Positions 17,317-24,759 of a DNA stretch of 27,740 nt are shown here, piece after piece. A program made the translations under genes and the position numbers. This stretch comes from a virus (taxonomy: Duplodnaviria; Caudoviricetes), in IMG/VR virus record IMGVR_UViG_3300049139_000146, positions 1-27,740 of that record. The stretch is one strand, 5' to 3'. How positions within the stretch are numbered: position 1 is the first letter of the stretch; each line of letters begins with the position of its first letter. Below the pieces are notes generated by a model, which was not told where the DNA came from, ran no database searches, and saw only the letters and a program-made list of their open reading frames with translations.

Positions 17317-17637
17317 GTGAACGTCATGGCTGACATCGACTGGACCAACGTCGTTAATTTCGACAACCACGGCAGCGTCTGGGGCGAATCCAGCGTCACG
17401 GAGACGGAAGAGCTGATTGAGCAGGCACAGGCCGACGGCGACCGCGTCGACGAGTGGTACGCGAGGGACCGCGATGGGCTCCGCCACCGGATCGTTCGGA
17501 TCGCCGACCCCGAGTTCCTCGACACCATCTGCGTCTTCCCCGAAGAGTGCGACGACTGCGGCGCGCCCGTCACATCGCTGGCCCGGGTCTCCGACGAGCA
17601 CCACACCAAGTGCCCCCGCCGCGACCCGAACTTCTGA
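17317..17637 (+). CDS. Acidic hypothetical protein with C-terminal CxxC...HxxxC
   Basis: RBS GGGGAG; GTG 17317 or ATG 17326. Confidence 0.7.
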   Translation: MNVMADIDWTNVVNFDNHGSVWGESSVTETEELIEQAQADGDRVDEWYARDRDGLRHRIVRIADPEFLDTICVFPEECDDCGAPVTSLARVSDEHHTKCPRRDPNF

Positions 17638-17651
17638 GAGACCCGCGCAGT

Positions 17652-17680
17652 GACGCCCCGCCCGATGCAGGCGGGGCGTT
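17652..17680 (+). terminator. Intrinsic terminator
   Basis: GACGCCCCGCC...GGCGGGGCGTT. Confidence 0.7.
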
Positions 17681-17763
17681 CGCGCATCAATCTGCGCAGC
17701 CGTCATGCAGGCTGCGAGTTGCGTCGTCCGTAGAAGGTAAGAGACCGACGAGAGGAAGGTTCC

Positions 17764-18255
17764 ATGCCGGATAGCCCCGCCTATGAGCGGCTCCAGCAAG
17801 CGGCAGCGCAGGCTGCCGAGGGAGCGCGGCTGCTCGCCCTGCGCACCCTCAAGGACGTGCATTGGGAATGCGCCGCGCTGGAGGAGGAATGGCGCGACCG
17901 GCAAGGGGAGGGTGCCGAGCACGTGAGGACTGCCCTTGCCCGCATCCGCGCCAAGCTGGCCCCGGCCACCACCAACCCCTACGGGAACACAGGGGCGGAG
18001 AATCACCCTCGCATGAGCCCGCACGGGCCTGGCGTCGTCGCTTACCGGTCAGCGGACGGTCGAATCATTCGCTGCCTGGAGCACGCACCCGATGCGGTCA
18101 GTGAAGGACGCATCGGCGTCCGTGGGGTTGGCGGCACGAGCCTGTTCGTGGAGCTGTCCCCCGTCACAGCCGAGGAGATAGCAGACGGGGAGTCCTGCAC
18201 CCAGATGTGGTGCGGCATCGACATCCTGGCTCAGTCGGAGGTACGCGGTGAATGA
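17764..18255 (+). CDS. Hypothetical protein
   Basis: RBS AGGAAGG; overlaps next gene. Confidence 0.65.
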   Translation: MPDSPAYERLQQAAAQAAEGARLLALRTLKDVHWECAALEEEWRDRQGEGAEHVRTALARIRAKLAPATTNPYGNTGAENHPRMSPHGPGVVAYRSADGRIIRCLEHAPDAVSEGRIGVRGVGGTSLFVELSPVTAEEIADGESCTQMWCGIDILAQSEVRGE

Positions 18256-18676
18256 CCTTTCTGGTCTTACAGACTGGCTGCACGTCCAGCTCGATGAGGA
18301 TGAGCGCGCCGCCAAGGCTCGGCGCGGGATCTTCCCATCCCCTGGCGTGGACGACGACGGGACGGTCTGGCTGCACGTCCGGCCGGGCGGCAACGCCGTG
18401 CTCGTGAGGTACCGGGACCCCGCCGAGGGGTGGGACGACATGGCCAAGCTGAAGAACTGGGCGGACGCCGAACATGGCTGGACGCAGGAAAGGATGCTGC
18501 GCGAGATCGACGCGAAGCGGCGCATCCTAGCCGGAGCTATCGAGACGCGGGCCTGGGCGATCGGGGAGTCCGGAGCGGTAGCCGGGCCCGCCGTCAAGCT
18601 GGCCAACGCAACACTGCGCCTCCTCGCCGCGCCTTACGCGGACCGACCCGGATATCGCGAGGAGTGGCGTCCGTGA
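18248..18676 (+). CDS. DUF6221-like protein
   Basis: WLHVQLDEDERAA, RMLREIDAKRRIL, LRLLAAPYADRPGYREEWRP signature. Confidence 0.8.
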   Translation: MNDLSGLTDWLHVQLDEDERAAKARRGIFPSPGVDDDGTVWLHVRPGGNAVLVRYRDPAEGWDDMAKLKNWADAEHGWTQERMLREIDAKRRILAGAIETRAWAIGESGAVAGPAVKLANATLRLLAAPYADRPGYREEWRP

Positions 18677-19692
18677 CTGACCTCGTCCCCCACCAGCAGG
18701 ACGCCACCCCCGCCGTCTACGACGCTGCGACGCTCGCCGTCCTGCACGCCATGGAAGAGGCAGCCGAGAAGCACCTCGACGCCATCCGCCCCCACAACAC
18801 AAAGCGCGGCTACGCCAACGACTGGGCACTCTGGGAGGAGTTCCACGACTGGCTGGGGGAGCGGACCGGGCACCGCATCGCCTCGACCAACGTCACCAAG
18901 GGCACGCTCGTCGGATTCGTCGTCTGGCTCGACACCATCAAGCTCGCCGCCCCCAACAGCATCGACCGCAGGATCACCGGCGTCACCGTCACCGCGCGGA
19001 ACGAACACGGCATCGAAGTACCCAAAGCCGCCACCGTCGCCGCCCGGCAAGCCCTCAAGCCGCTGAAGAACGACCCCGAACGGCAAGCACGCGGCAGGGG
19101 CAAAGCCGCCGCCGTCACCCCGGAGCAGCTGCGCCAGATGAACGCCGCCGTCGCCGACGGGCTCACCGGACTCCGCGACCGCGCCCTCTGGCTCATGGCC
19201 TTCGCCATCGCAGGCCGCTCCGCCGAAGTCGCCGCCCTCCGCGCCGACACCATCACCCACGTCAGCCAAGGCCTCGAAGTCCACGTCCCCGCAGTGAAGG
19301 GCCGCCCACCCCGAGACGTCGTCGTCCACTACGGCAAGAACCCCGACACCTGCCCCGTCCGCGCCTGGCTCACCTGGCGCGCCGCCGCAGGCATCACGTC
19401 GGGGCCCGCCTTCCTACCCATCACCGTCCACGGCCGCCTCGGCGACCGCGCCCTCTCACCCGAAGCCGTCCGCGAAATCATCGCCCGCAACGCCGAACGC
19501 GCGTGCCTCTCCGTCCGGTTGACCGGACACTCCATGCGGGCCGGGTTCATCACCACCTCTCGACGCGCAGGCAAGCGAGAGGAGAAGATCCGCGAACAGT
19601 CCGGACACGCCGAGAACAGCCCTGCCTTCTGGGGCTACATTCGGGAGGCCGACAAGTGGACCGATGCCGCCTCAGAGGACATCGGCTTGTGA
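18673..19692 (+). CDS. Second tyrosine recombinase (Cre/resolvase-like, 339 aa)
   Basis: GTGA overlap; LRDRAL...GRSAEV (R), VKG (K), GHSMRAG (HxxR), SGH, GYIREA (Y). Confidence 0.9.
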   Translation: MTDLVPHQQDATPAVYDAATLAVLHAMEEAAEKHLDAIRPHNTKRGYANDWALWEEFHDWLGERTGHRIASTNVTKGTLVGFVVWLDTIKLAAPNSIDRRITGVTVTARNEHGIEVPKAATVAARQALKPLKNDPERQARGRGKAAAVTPEQLRQMNAAVADGLTGLRDRALWLMAFAIAGRSAEVAALRADTITHVSQGLEVHVPAVKGRPPRDVVVHYGKNPDTCPVRAWLTWRAAAGITSGPAFLPITVHGRLGDRALSPEAVREIIARNAERACLSVRLTGHSMRAGFITTSRRAGKREEKIREQSGHAENSPAFWGYIREADKWTDAASEDIGL

Positions 19693-19738
19693 GCGCCCGC
19701 CCCCGAGTTGGGGCGACTGCCGACGAAAGTGGCCCCGA

Positions 19739-20074
19739 ATGACAGATGACGACCGCTTCGAGAACGAGATCCTCTCCATGACAACCGCCCCGCCGGGTTG
19801 GACAGTCCGTGCACAGGTCAAGGCTCACAAGCCGGGAACAAGTGAGCGCTGGGTAGAGGAGGAAGAGGTCTTTCCCGTGGTGGGTTGGGCTGTTGTCGCC
19901 TGCCGCTACCGCGATGGCAGCGTCAGCAACAAGGTCGAACCCGTCTTCGTGACGAGCGAAGGCCGGTTGGAACACGAGTCGCTGTACAGGTGGCAATACT
20001 CCGAGCTGGAACCCAAGGCGGGGCATCCGAGGATCACGGTCTCCTTTGAGATTCGCGCACCCTCGGCCGCATAG
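19739..20074 (+). CDS. Hypothetical protein (about 111 aa)
   Basis: APPGW...FPVVGWAVV; start uncertain; followed by terminator. Confidence 0.6.
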   Translation: MTDDDRFENEILSMTTAPPGWTVRAQVKAHKPGTSERWVEEEEVFPVVGWAVVACRYRDGSVSNKVEPVFVTSEGRLEHESLYRWQYSELEPKAGHPRITVSFEIRAPSAA

Positions 20075-20108
20075 GAGTGTCCCTGGCGAGGCGATGCCTA
20101 AGCACGAC

Positions 20109-20142
20109 AACGCCCCCGCAGCCAGTCGGCTGCGGGGGCGTT
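20109..20142. terminator. Bidirectional terminator
   Basis: Perfect 15-bp stem AACGCCCCCGCAGCC-AGTC-GGCTGCGGGGGCGTT. Confidence 0.85.
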
Positions 20143-20156
20143 CTGCTGTCCGGGGC

Positions 20157-20183
20157 TTAGCCCCAGGCCGTGTCGTCGCTCAT
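20157..20183 (-). CDS. Candidate 8-aa peptide MSDDTAWG
   Basis: GGGGAGG RBS, upstream promoter-like sequence and structured leader, downstream terminator. Confidence 0.4.
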   Translation of the reverse strand: MSDDTAWG

Positions 20184-20319
20184 GATGCCTCCCCAGATCG
20201 GTGCGGCCCGCCGAGGTGCCCCCTCGCCCCGAAGGGCCGTCGCGAAGACACGGCGGGCCGCCCGATCACGGTACGCGGAACGTGGCCGTCCTGTCAGGGG
20301 GTCGTGCCACACTTGCCGC

Positions 20320-20351
20320 ATGCCCCGCCGGGCCCCCCGTCTCGGCGGGGT
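20320..20351 (+). ncRNA. Candidate 6C-like single-hairpin RNA (may only be the terminator of the convergent gene)
   Basis: GCCCCGCCGGG-CCCCCCGT-CTCGGCGGGGT directly after TGTCAG-N10-CACACT. Confidence 0.35.
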
Positions 20352-20354
20352 CTG

Positions 20355-20693
20355 TCACGTCTGCCGCAGGCCGGGCTCCGGGTTGCAGACCTGGCACATC
20401 TCCACGTGGAGGCTCTCGTCCTCCAGCGCCAGCAGCGCCTCGTCGCGGGTGAGGAATCCGTGGTCGCCCTTCCAGATGCCGCAGCCGCCGCGGTGGAGGA
20501 CGGTCCGCCTGTCGCGGGCCGGCTCCAACTTCCAGCGGGCCTCGTCGCGCGCCCGCTGCGCCTGCCGCCGTCCTTGCTCCAGCTCTGCTTCGAGCGTGCG
20601 GATCTTCGCCCGGGTGGTGCGCAGCTGGTAGTCCAGCCACTCCTCCAAAGCCGTCAGCTTCGCGAGGCGCTCCTCAGGCGGCATATCGTTCAC
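20355..20693 (-). CDS. DUF6233-like protein
   Basis: Coiled coil, then LHRGGC...TRDEALLAL...CQVCNPE; leaderless GTG 7 nt after TAGAAT. Confidence 0.8.
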   Translation of the reverse strand: MNDMPPEERLAKLTALEEWLDYQLRTTRAKIRTLEAELEQGRRQAQRARDEARWKLEPARDRRTVLHRGGCGIWKGDHGFLTRDEALLALEDESLHVEMCQVCNPEPGLRQT

Positions 20694-20701
20694 GCGTTCG
20701 A
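20686..20701. promoter_or_regulatory. LexA (SOS) box
   Basis: TCGAAC-GCGT-GAACGA on minus strand fits TCGAAC-N4-GNNCGA and covers the predicted TSS/start codon. Confidence 0.7.
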
Positions 20702-20717
20702 TTCTATGATGGCGGGC

Positions 20718-20927
20718 GTGAGCAGCAACCACAGCCCCGACCGCTACCACCTCACCCTCTCCTCCGCCGGCCGTCCGGTGATGCACGGCTGGTGGGGGAG
20801 CGAGCCCGTGGCCCGGGGCAAATTCCGGGACTGGATCGGCGAGCACGGCACCCTGCCCGACGCCCGTATCACCCTCGTCGACGAGGACACCGGCGACGTG
20901 TTGACGACCTGGCCGGACGAAGCGTGA
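20718..20927 (+). CDS. Small hypothetical protein (69 aa)
   Basis: TATGAT-7nt-GTG leaderless; RYHLTL...GRPVMHGWW...LTTWP. Confidence 0.75.
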   Translation: MSSNHSPDRYHLTLSSAGRPVMHGWWGSEPVARGKFRDWIGEHGTLPDARITLVDEDTGDVLTTWPDEA

Positions 20928-20947
20928 CCGTCTGCCATCCTGGCGGC

Positions 20948-21382
20948 ATGGATGAGCCGCACATCACCCTCTACAGCGAAGACCTGCTGTCCAAGTGGGG
21001 GTTCAACGACGGTGATGATCCAGAGGCGTGGCTGGACTACTGCGACGCCAACGGCATCGACTACAACGTCGTCAAGTTCCCCCTGGTGGATCTGGTCCGC
21101 CGCTACCTGCTGCCCGCCCTGGAGCAGGCGGTCGCCGTGGTGGAGGTCGAGACGATCCATAACCCGATCCGGGTCGAGACGGTCGACGGCGTGGATGTCC
21201 GCGCGCACTGGATGGAGAGCGGCCGTGCGGCTATCCGCCTCACGCCGGAGACTGTCGACATCCCGCTGGCTGAGGTGGCGCGCATCGCACAGGAGGGCGG
21301 CGTCGCAGGCTCCATGCCGTCGCAGCCCGGCACCTACGTCCTGTCGACTCGACGCCCCGGCGTTGTCAGTGGCCCGGCGTAG
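20948..21382 (+). CDS. Hypothetical protein (144 aa)
   Basis: CATCCT-6nt-ATG; LLSKWGFNDGD, ETIHNPIR. Confidence 0.7.
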   Translation: MDEPHITLYSEDLLSKWGFNDGDDPEAWLDYCDANGIDYNVVKFPLVDLVRRYLLPALEQAVAVVEVETIHNPIRVETVDGVDVRAHWMESGRAAIRLTPETVDIPLAEVARIAQEGGVAGSMPSQPGTYVLSTRRPGVVSGPA

Positions 21383-21385
21383 CCT
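21364..21385 (+). promoter_or_regulatory. RecA-NDp/PafBC-type promoter motif
   Basis: TGTCAG-N10-TAGCCT. Confidence 0.6.
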
Positions 21386-21391
21386 GAGCAC

Positions 21392-21460
21392 AACATCCCG
21401 ACGAGCAAGTCGGGTTTGCTCTGGCCCCGCCGCGGCGTGATGCACCGAGGCGGGGCTTGC
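21392..21460 (+). ncRNA. Candidate two-hairpin small RNA
   Basis: Follows promoter motif; CCCGAC-GAGCAA-GTCGGG hairpin then terminator hairpin 21424-21456; no credible ORF. Confidence 0.4.
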
Positions 21461-21465
21461 TGCTG

Positions 21466-21669
21466 TCAGCCCTCGACGGGCGCGTGCCACACGACCTTCT
21501 TGAGCGCCATCTCCACGTCGTAGCGCGACATGCCAACGGCCTCGGCGTGCGTGGTGATGGCGTCCTGTACGGCGTTGGCGGTGGCGACGGTGAGCCGCCC
21601 GGCCCGGTGCTCCTCCCAGGCGGCGCGCTCCAGGGCTATCAGATCGTCGGGGAACTCTATGTCGCTCAC
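21466..21669 (-). CDS. Hypothetical protein (67 aa)
   Basis: TAGGAT-6nt-GTG leaderless; FPDDLIAL...RYDVEMALKKVV. Confidence 0.75.
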   Translation of the reverse strand: MSDIEFPDDLIALERAAWEEHRAGRLTVATANAVQDAITTHAEAVGMSRYDVEMALKKVVWHAPVEG

Positions 21670-21749
21670 GAGCGGATCCTATGTGGACGTTTTCACGGCG
21701 GCACCCTGCCCCCTTGACCGTAGCGTGCGCTACATGCATCATTCGCTAC

Positions 21750-21929
21750 ATGAGCGATGATGAGCAGGCGGCGGCAGAGCGGGAGCTGACCCAATACCGG
21801 CACACAGTTGACGGCCGCGACGACATGGTCTGGCGCGCCCGCGCAGCCGGGATCAGCAAGAACCGAATCCACGTCCTGACCGGCATCGCCCGCACCACCA
21901 TCGACCGCATCCTGAAAGAGGAGAGCTGA
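21750..21929 (+). CDS. Small HTH DNA-binding protein (59 aa)
   Basis: AGISKNRIHVLTGIARTTIDRIL; promoter TTGACC-17-CATCAT with palindrome GTAGCG-TG-CGCTAC in spacer. Confidence 0.8.
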   Translation: MSDDEQAAAERELTQYRHTVDGRDDMVWRARAAGISKNRIHVLTGIARTTIDRILKEES

Positions 21930-21931
21930 CC

Positions 21932-22066
21932 ATGAAGGTCTACACGCTGACGATGCGCATCGAGGCGGACGACGAGATCAACGAGGAGCAGATCCGCGAG
22001 GAGATTTACGACGCCTGCCCCGAGGTTCCGTTCGGATTTGCGATCACCAAGGTCGAGGAGGCCTGA
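21932..22066 (+). CDS. 44-aa acidic protein MKVYTLTMRIEADDEINEEQIREEIYDACPEVPFGFAITKVEEA
   Basis: RBS GAGGAG; TGATG overlap with next gene. Confidence 0.7.
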   Translation: MKVYTLTMRIEADDEINEEQIREEIYDACPEVPFGFAITKVEEA

Positions 22067-22278
22067 TGGCGACGAAGCCCCGCGAACCCTGGCGCGTGAT
22101 CCTCACCCAGGGCGGGATCCAGTTGGCTGAGGTCCCGCACACGAGCGAGGCCAAGGCGTTCGCCCACGTCCGCGCCGCTCTCCGATCCGGAGCGGACACC
22201 GCGAAGGTCATGCAGTGGGAAGACGGCCGGTGGTGGCACTTCGAGACCGTGCACGCTGACGAAATCCCTGACGCCTGA
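22066..22278 (+). CDS. Hypothetical protein (70 aa)
   Basis: RBS GGAGG, coupled start. Confidence 0.75.
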   Translation: MATKPREPWRVILTQGGIQLAEVPHTSEAKAFAHVRAALRSGADTAKVMQWEDGRWWHFETVHADEIPDA

Positions 22279-22289
22279 TGCAGGCGTGA

Positions 22290-22326
22290 ACGAAGCCCCG
22301 GCCAGGATCAGTGGCCGGGGCTTCGT
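22290..22326. terminator. Bidirectional terminator
   Basis: ACGAAGCCCCGGCCA...TGGCCGGGGCTTCGT, 15-bp stem. Confidence 0.85.
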
Positions 22327-22334
22327 CGTGCATG

Positions 22335-22514
22335 CTACGCGGCCTCGACGACGTCCCCGCGCTCCACCCGCCGCAGCTCCGCACACAACCGCCCGTACTC
22401 CTCCCGCTGCTCCGCCGTCAGCGGCACCGCAGGATGCGACCACAGCGCGCGGATCGCCGCGTTCAGCTCGGCAGCTGAGCGCAGTGGAGGCTGCGGCGGA
22501 AGGTCCGGGGACAT
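22335..22514 (-). CDS. 59-aa protein MSPDLPPQPPLRSAAELNAAIRALW...GDVVEAA
   Basis: Not in ORF track; TGTCAC-N10-TAGGCT-7nt-ATG upstream; ends at terminator. Confidence 0.7.
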   Translation of the reverse strand: MSPDLPPQPPLRSAAELNAAIRALWSHPAVPLTAEQREEYGRLCAELRRVERGDVVEAA

Positions 22515-22596
22515 GGATCAAAGCCTAGCTGCGAGGTGTGACAGCGGGCTATGGAACAACCCTCCCGACAGAGCCTCAACCCGCCATGATGGACGC

Positions 22597-22974
22597 ATGG
22601 CCACCCGCAGCTTCCCCCTCGCCGACATCCTCTCCGTCACGACCGGACTATTGCTCACCCGCCGCACCGAGAGGCCGGGCAGCGCGCTCGACGAGATCTT
22701 CGAGTTCATGACGGGGGAGAAGCTCGACTGGTGGCAGGCCCCGCGCGCAGCCGACGCCTGCACTGAGGCGTTCAATGCGCAACACCCGTTCCTCGCCGAC
22801 CTCAAGCCGCCGACGGTCTCCAACACGCCAATCGGCAAGGCCGCTCTCGTGTTCTGGCTAGTCGGTGTCGAGATGAAGCACGGAACATCCCTGGAGATCG
22901 AGCCACTCAGGGACTGGGTGCACCAGGACTCCAGCCAGGAGCTGGTCGACAGGATCGAGATCGTCAACCTGTGA
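22597..22974 (+). CDS. Phage hypothetical protein (125 aa)
   Basis: CATGAT-6nt-ATG; FPLADILSVTTGLLL...FMTGE...QHPFL. Confidence 0.75.
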   Translation: MATRSFPLADILSVTTGLLLTRRTERPGSALDEIFEFMTGEKLDWWQAPRAADACTEAFNAQHPFLADLKPPTVSNTPIGKAALVFWLVGVEMKHGTSLEIEPLRDWVHQDSSQELVDRIEIVNL

Positions 22975-23016
22975 GCCACGCTGCAGGAGCCCCGCCACCG
23001 CGTGGGCTTCGGCGCG

Positions 23017-23280
23017 TCAGTCCTCGGCAGGCGGCAGGCCCACGTAGGTGCCGCGGCCCTGCACCTTCCACACGACCTGCTCCTCGACGAGGACGTCAAG
23101 CGCGCGCCGTACCGTCGTCCTCGCGATGCCGTACTCCTGCACCAGACGCGTCTCCGACGCGATCGGCCGGCCTTCCGCCCAGTCGCCGCGGGCGATCCGC
23201 GCCTTCAGGATCTCGGCGAGCTGCCGGTATGGGGTGACGGGCCCCTCGTGATCGATCTCAGCGTCCGGGTCTACGGCCAT
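23017..23280 (-). CDS. Stand-alone GntR-family winged-HTH regulator (87 aa)
   Basis: PYRQLAEIL...IASETRLVQEYGIARTTVRRAL...GRGTYV; leaderless after TAGCGT. Confidence 0.9.
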   Translation of the reverse strand: MAVDPDAEIDHEGPVTPYRQLAEILKARIARGDWAEGRPIASETRLVQEYGIARTTVRRALDVLVEEQVVWKVQGRGTYVGLPPAED

Positions 23281-23324
23281 GATCTCGACGCTATGCAGGC
23301 CCCTACAGGTCAGCATCTCGGGCT

Positions 23325-23371
23325 ACGTATCGATACGTTTCGAGACAGGCCGATACAAGTCGGCGTAGCCT
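23325..23371 (+). promoter_or_regulatory. Operator array and -10 divergent from small GntR
   Basis: Palindrome ACGTATCGATACGT; CGA(T/G)AC at 23331, 23341, 23351; TAGCCT at 23366. Confidence 0.6.
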
Positions 23372-23439
23372 GCAATTGCAGGACCCCCGCGACCGGCGGC
23401 TACCGGCCCGGGGGCATGGCCGACGAGTGGAGCGTCAGC

Positions 23440-23625
23440 GTGGACGAGCCTACGGACCCTGGCAGCGAACGCCAGACCACACCCCAGGAGGCCGCCTGCC
23501 CGTGCGGCAGCAGCGACCACCCACCCCTGCGCATCGGCGACCTGCTCTCACCCAGCGGCAGCACCATAGGGCCCGTCTACGTCTGCCCCGCCGAAAGCCC
23601 CGTCGGACTGCGAGGCGTGCTGTGA
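23440..23625 (+). CDS. Small Cys-containing protein (61 aa)
   Basis: RBS GGAG; CPC...SGSTIGPVYVCP. Confidence 0.6.
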   Translation: MDEPTDPGSERQTTPQEAACPCGSSDHPPLRIGDLLSPSGSTIGPVYVCPAESPVGLRGVL

Positions 23626-23804
23626 AGGGGCGGCAGGCCGACGAGAGTGACGTCTGCGGGCCTTGCCGGATCGGCGAGTGCGGCCACTGCGACGGAAACC
23701 ACGATCTGCGCGTCGGGCCCGGGCCGGCCGTACCGCTCACGAGGTGCGGACACCGCTGTCTCCGTGGGAAGGTGCGGCAGGGAAGGCGGCACGGAAGCAG
23801 TTGA
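23622..23804 (+). CDS. Small Cys-rich protein (60 aa)
   Basis: GTGA overlap; CGPCRIGECGHC...CGHRC. Confidence 0.6.
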   Translation: MKGRQADESDVCGPCRIGECGHCDGNHDLRVGPGPAVPLTRCGHRCLRGKVRQGRRHGSS

Positions 23805-24057
23805 TGAGTGAATAACCGGGCAACTGGCCGGTAGTGACACGTGCAGTTCCAGCCACCCTCCGACTATGCCGAGCCTTACCTCACCTCGGTGACCTGCAGC
23901 AACGCAGGAACGTTTGGCCAACGCTTGACCAGCGGTTACGGAAATGCATCAGGTGCGAACAGATGGTCGAAGAATATGCATGAGACACCTTCCGCCAGGG
24001 CTGAAAGTCAGCTTTACTCCTGAACCCAGGCGCCCCACACGCCCGGCCCGAAAGCGC

Positions 24058-24687
24058 TCACTGCTCACGCACGGGCGTCAACCGAATCAACCAGCGATCC
24101 ATCGGCAGGATCAGGTCAGCAGTCTCCAGGGGGCGACCGGCATGGTCGAAACGAGTGCGCACCACGCGGAAGGCGAGCGTGTCCACGAGCAAGCCCAGCG
24201 CGTGCGCCTGCTCCTCGGTCATTGTCACCGCGCCCACCTCGGCGATGTACAACGCATGCGGCCGGCGCTGGCCGCGCCACCACGACGACACCAGCATCGC
24301 CGACCTGCCGCCCGGATCCAGGCACTCCACCGTCTCGTGCCGCAAGCTCGCGCCCACGCGGACGCCAAGCCGCTCTGCAAGCTCTTCCGTGGCGGCCCGC
24401 GGGCGGGTGTCGGTGGTCTCGCTGGAGAACGGCCAGGGGGCGTCTGCGTCGGTGAGAGTACGCATAGCAGGAGGATGCGCCACATAGACGGCTTTGCGCT
24501 CCTCGCCCTCCAGGACGCCAGTACGGCGCAGCAGAACATAGGCGAGGCGAACGGTTTGAGAGTGCACGCCGAGTTCGGCAGCTAGCTCGGCTCTGGAAGG
24601 CAGGGGCTCGCCCGGCTGCCACTCTCCGGCGGCAATGCGGCGGCGAATGTCAGCAGCGATGCGCCTGTAGCGCGCAGCTTCTGGCAT
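24058..24687 (-). CDS. GntR/HutC-type regulator with UTRA-like domain (KorSA-like)
   Basis: YRRIAADIRRRI...LPSRAELAAELGV; C-terminal RVVRTRFDHAGRPLETADLI. Confidence 0.88.
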   Translation of the reverse strand: MPEAARYRRIAADIRRRIAAGEWQPGEPLPSRAELAAELGVHSQTVRLAYVLLRRTGVLEGEERKAVYVAHPPAMRTLTDADAPWPFSSETTDTRPRAATEELAERLGVRVGASLRHETVECLDPGGRSAMLVSSWWRGQRRPHALYIAEVGAVTMTEEQAHALGLLVDTLAFRVVRTRFDHAGRPLETADLILPMDRWLIRLTPVREQ

Positions 24688-24743
24688 CGAGACCCCCGCC
24701 GAAGATCATGACGTGAGGTCTGACGCTACGAAGCCTCTCCCAA

Positions 24744-24759
24744 GCTGGATATATCCAGC
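24744..24759. promoter_or_regulatory. Perfect 16-bp palindrome, probable operator
   Basis: GCTGGATATATCCAGC upstream of GntR-UTRA gene; minus-strand TAGCGT -10 at 24723-24728. Confidence 0.6.

Noticed and set aside
20320-20631. Leaderless ORF MPRRAPRLGG after the TGTCAG promoter
   Set aside because: Runs antisense through the DUF6233-like gene with low-complexity Arg/Ser content; kept only as an RNA candidate
23841-24023. 60-aa ORF ending MHETPSARAESQLYS
   Set aside because: No RBS and atypical codon usage; more likely a promoter region with a truncated gene stub
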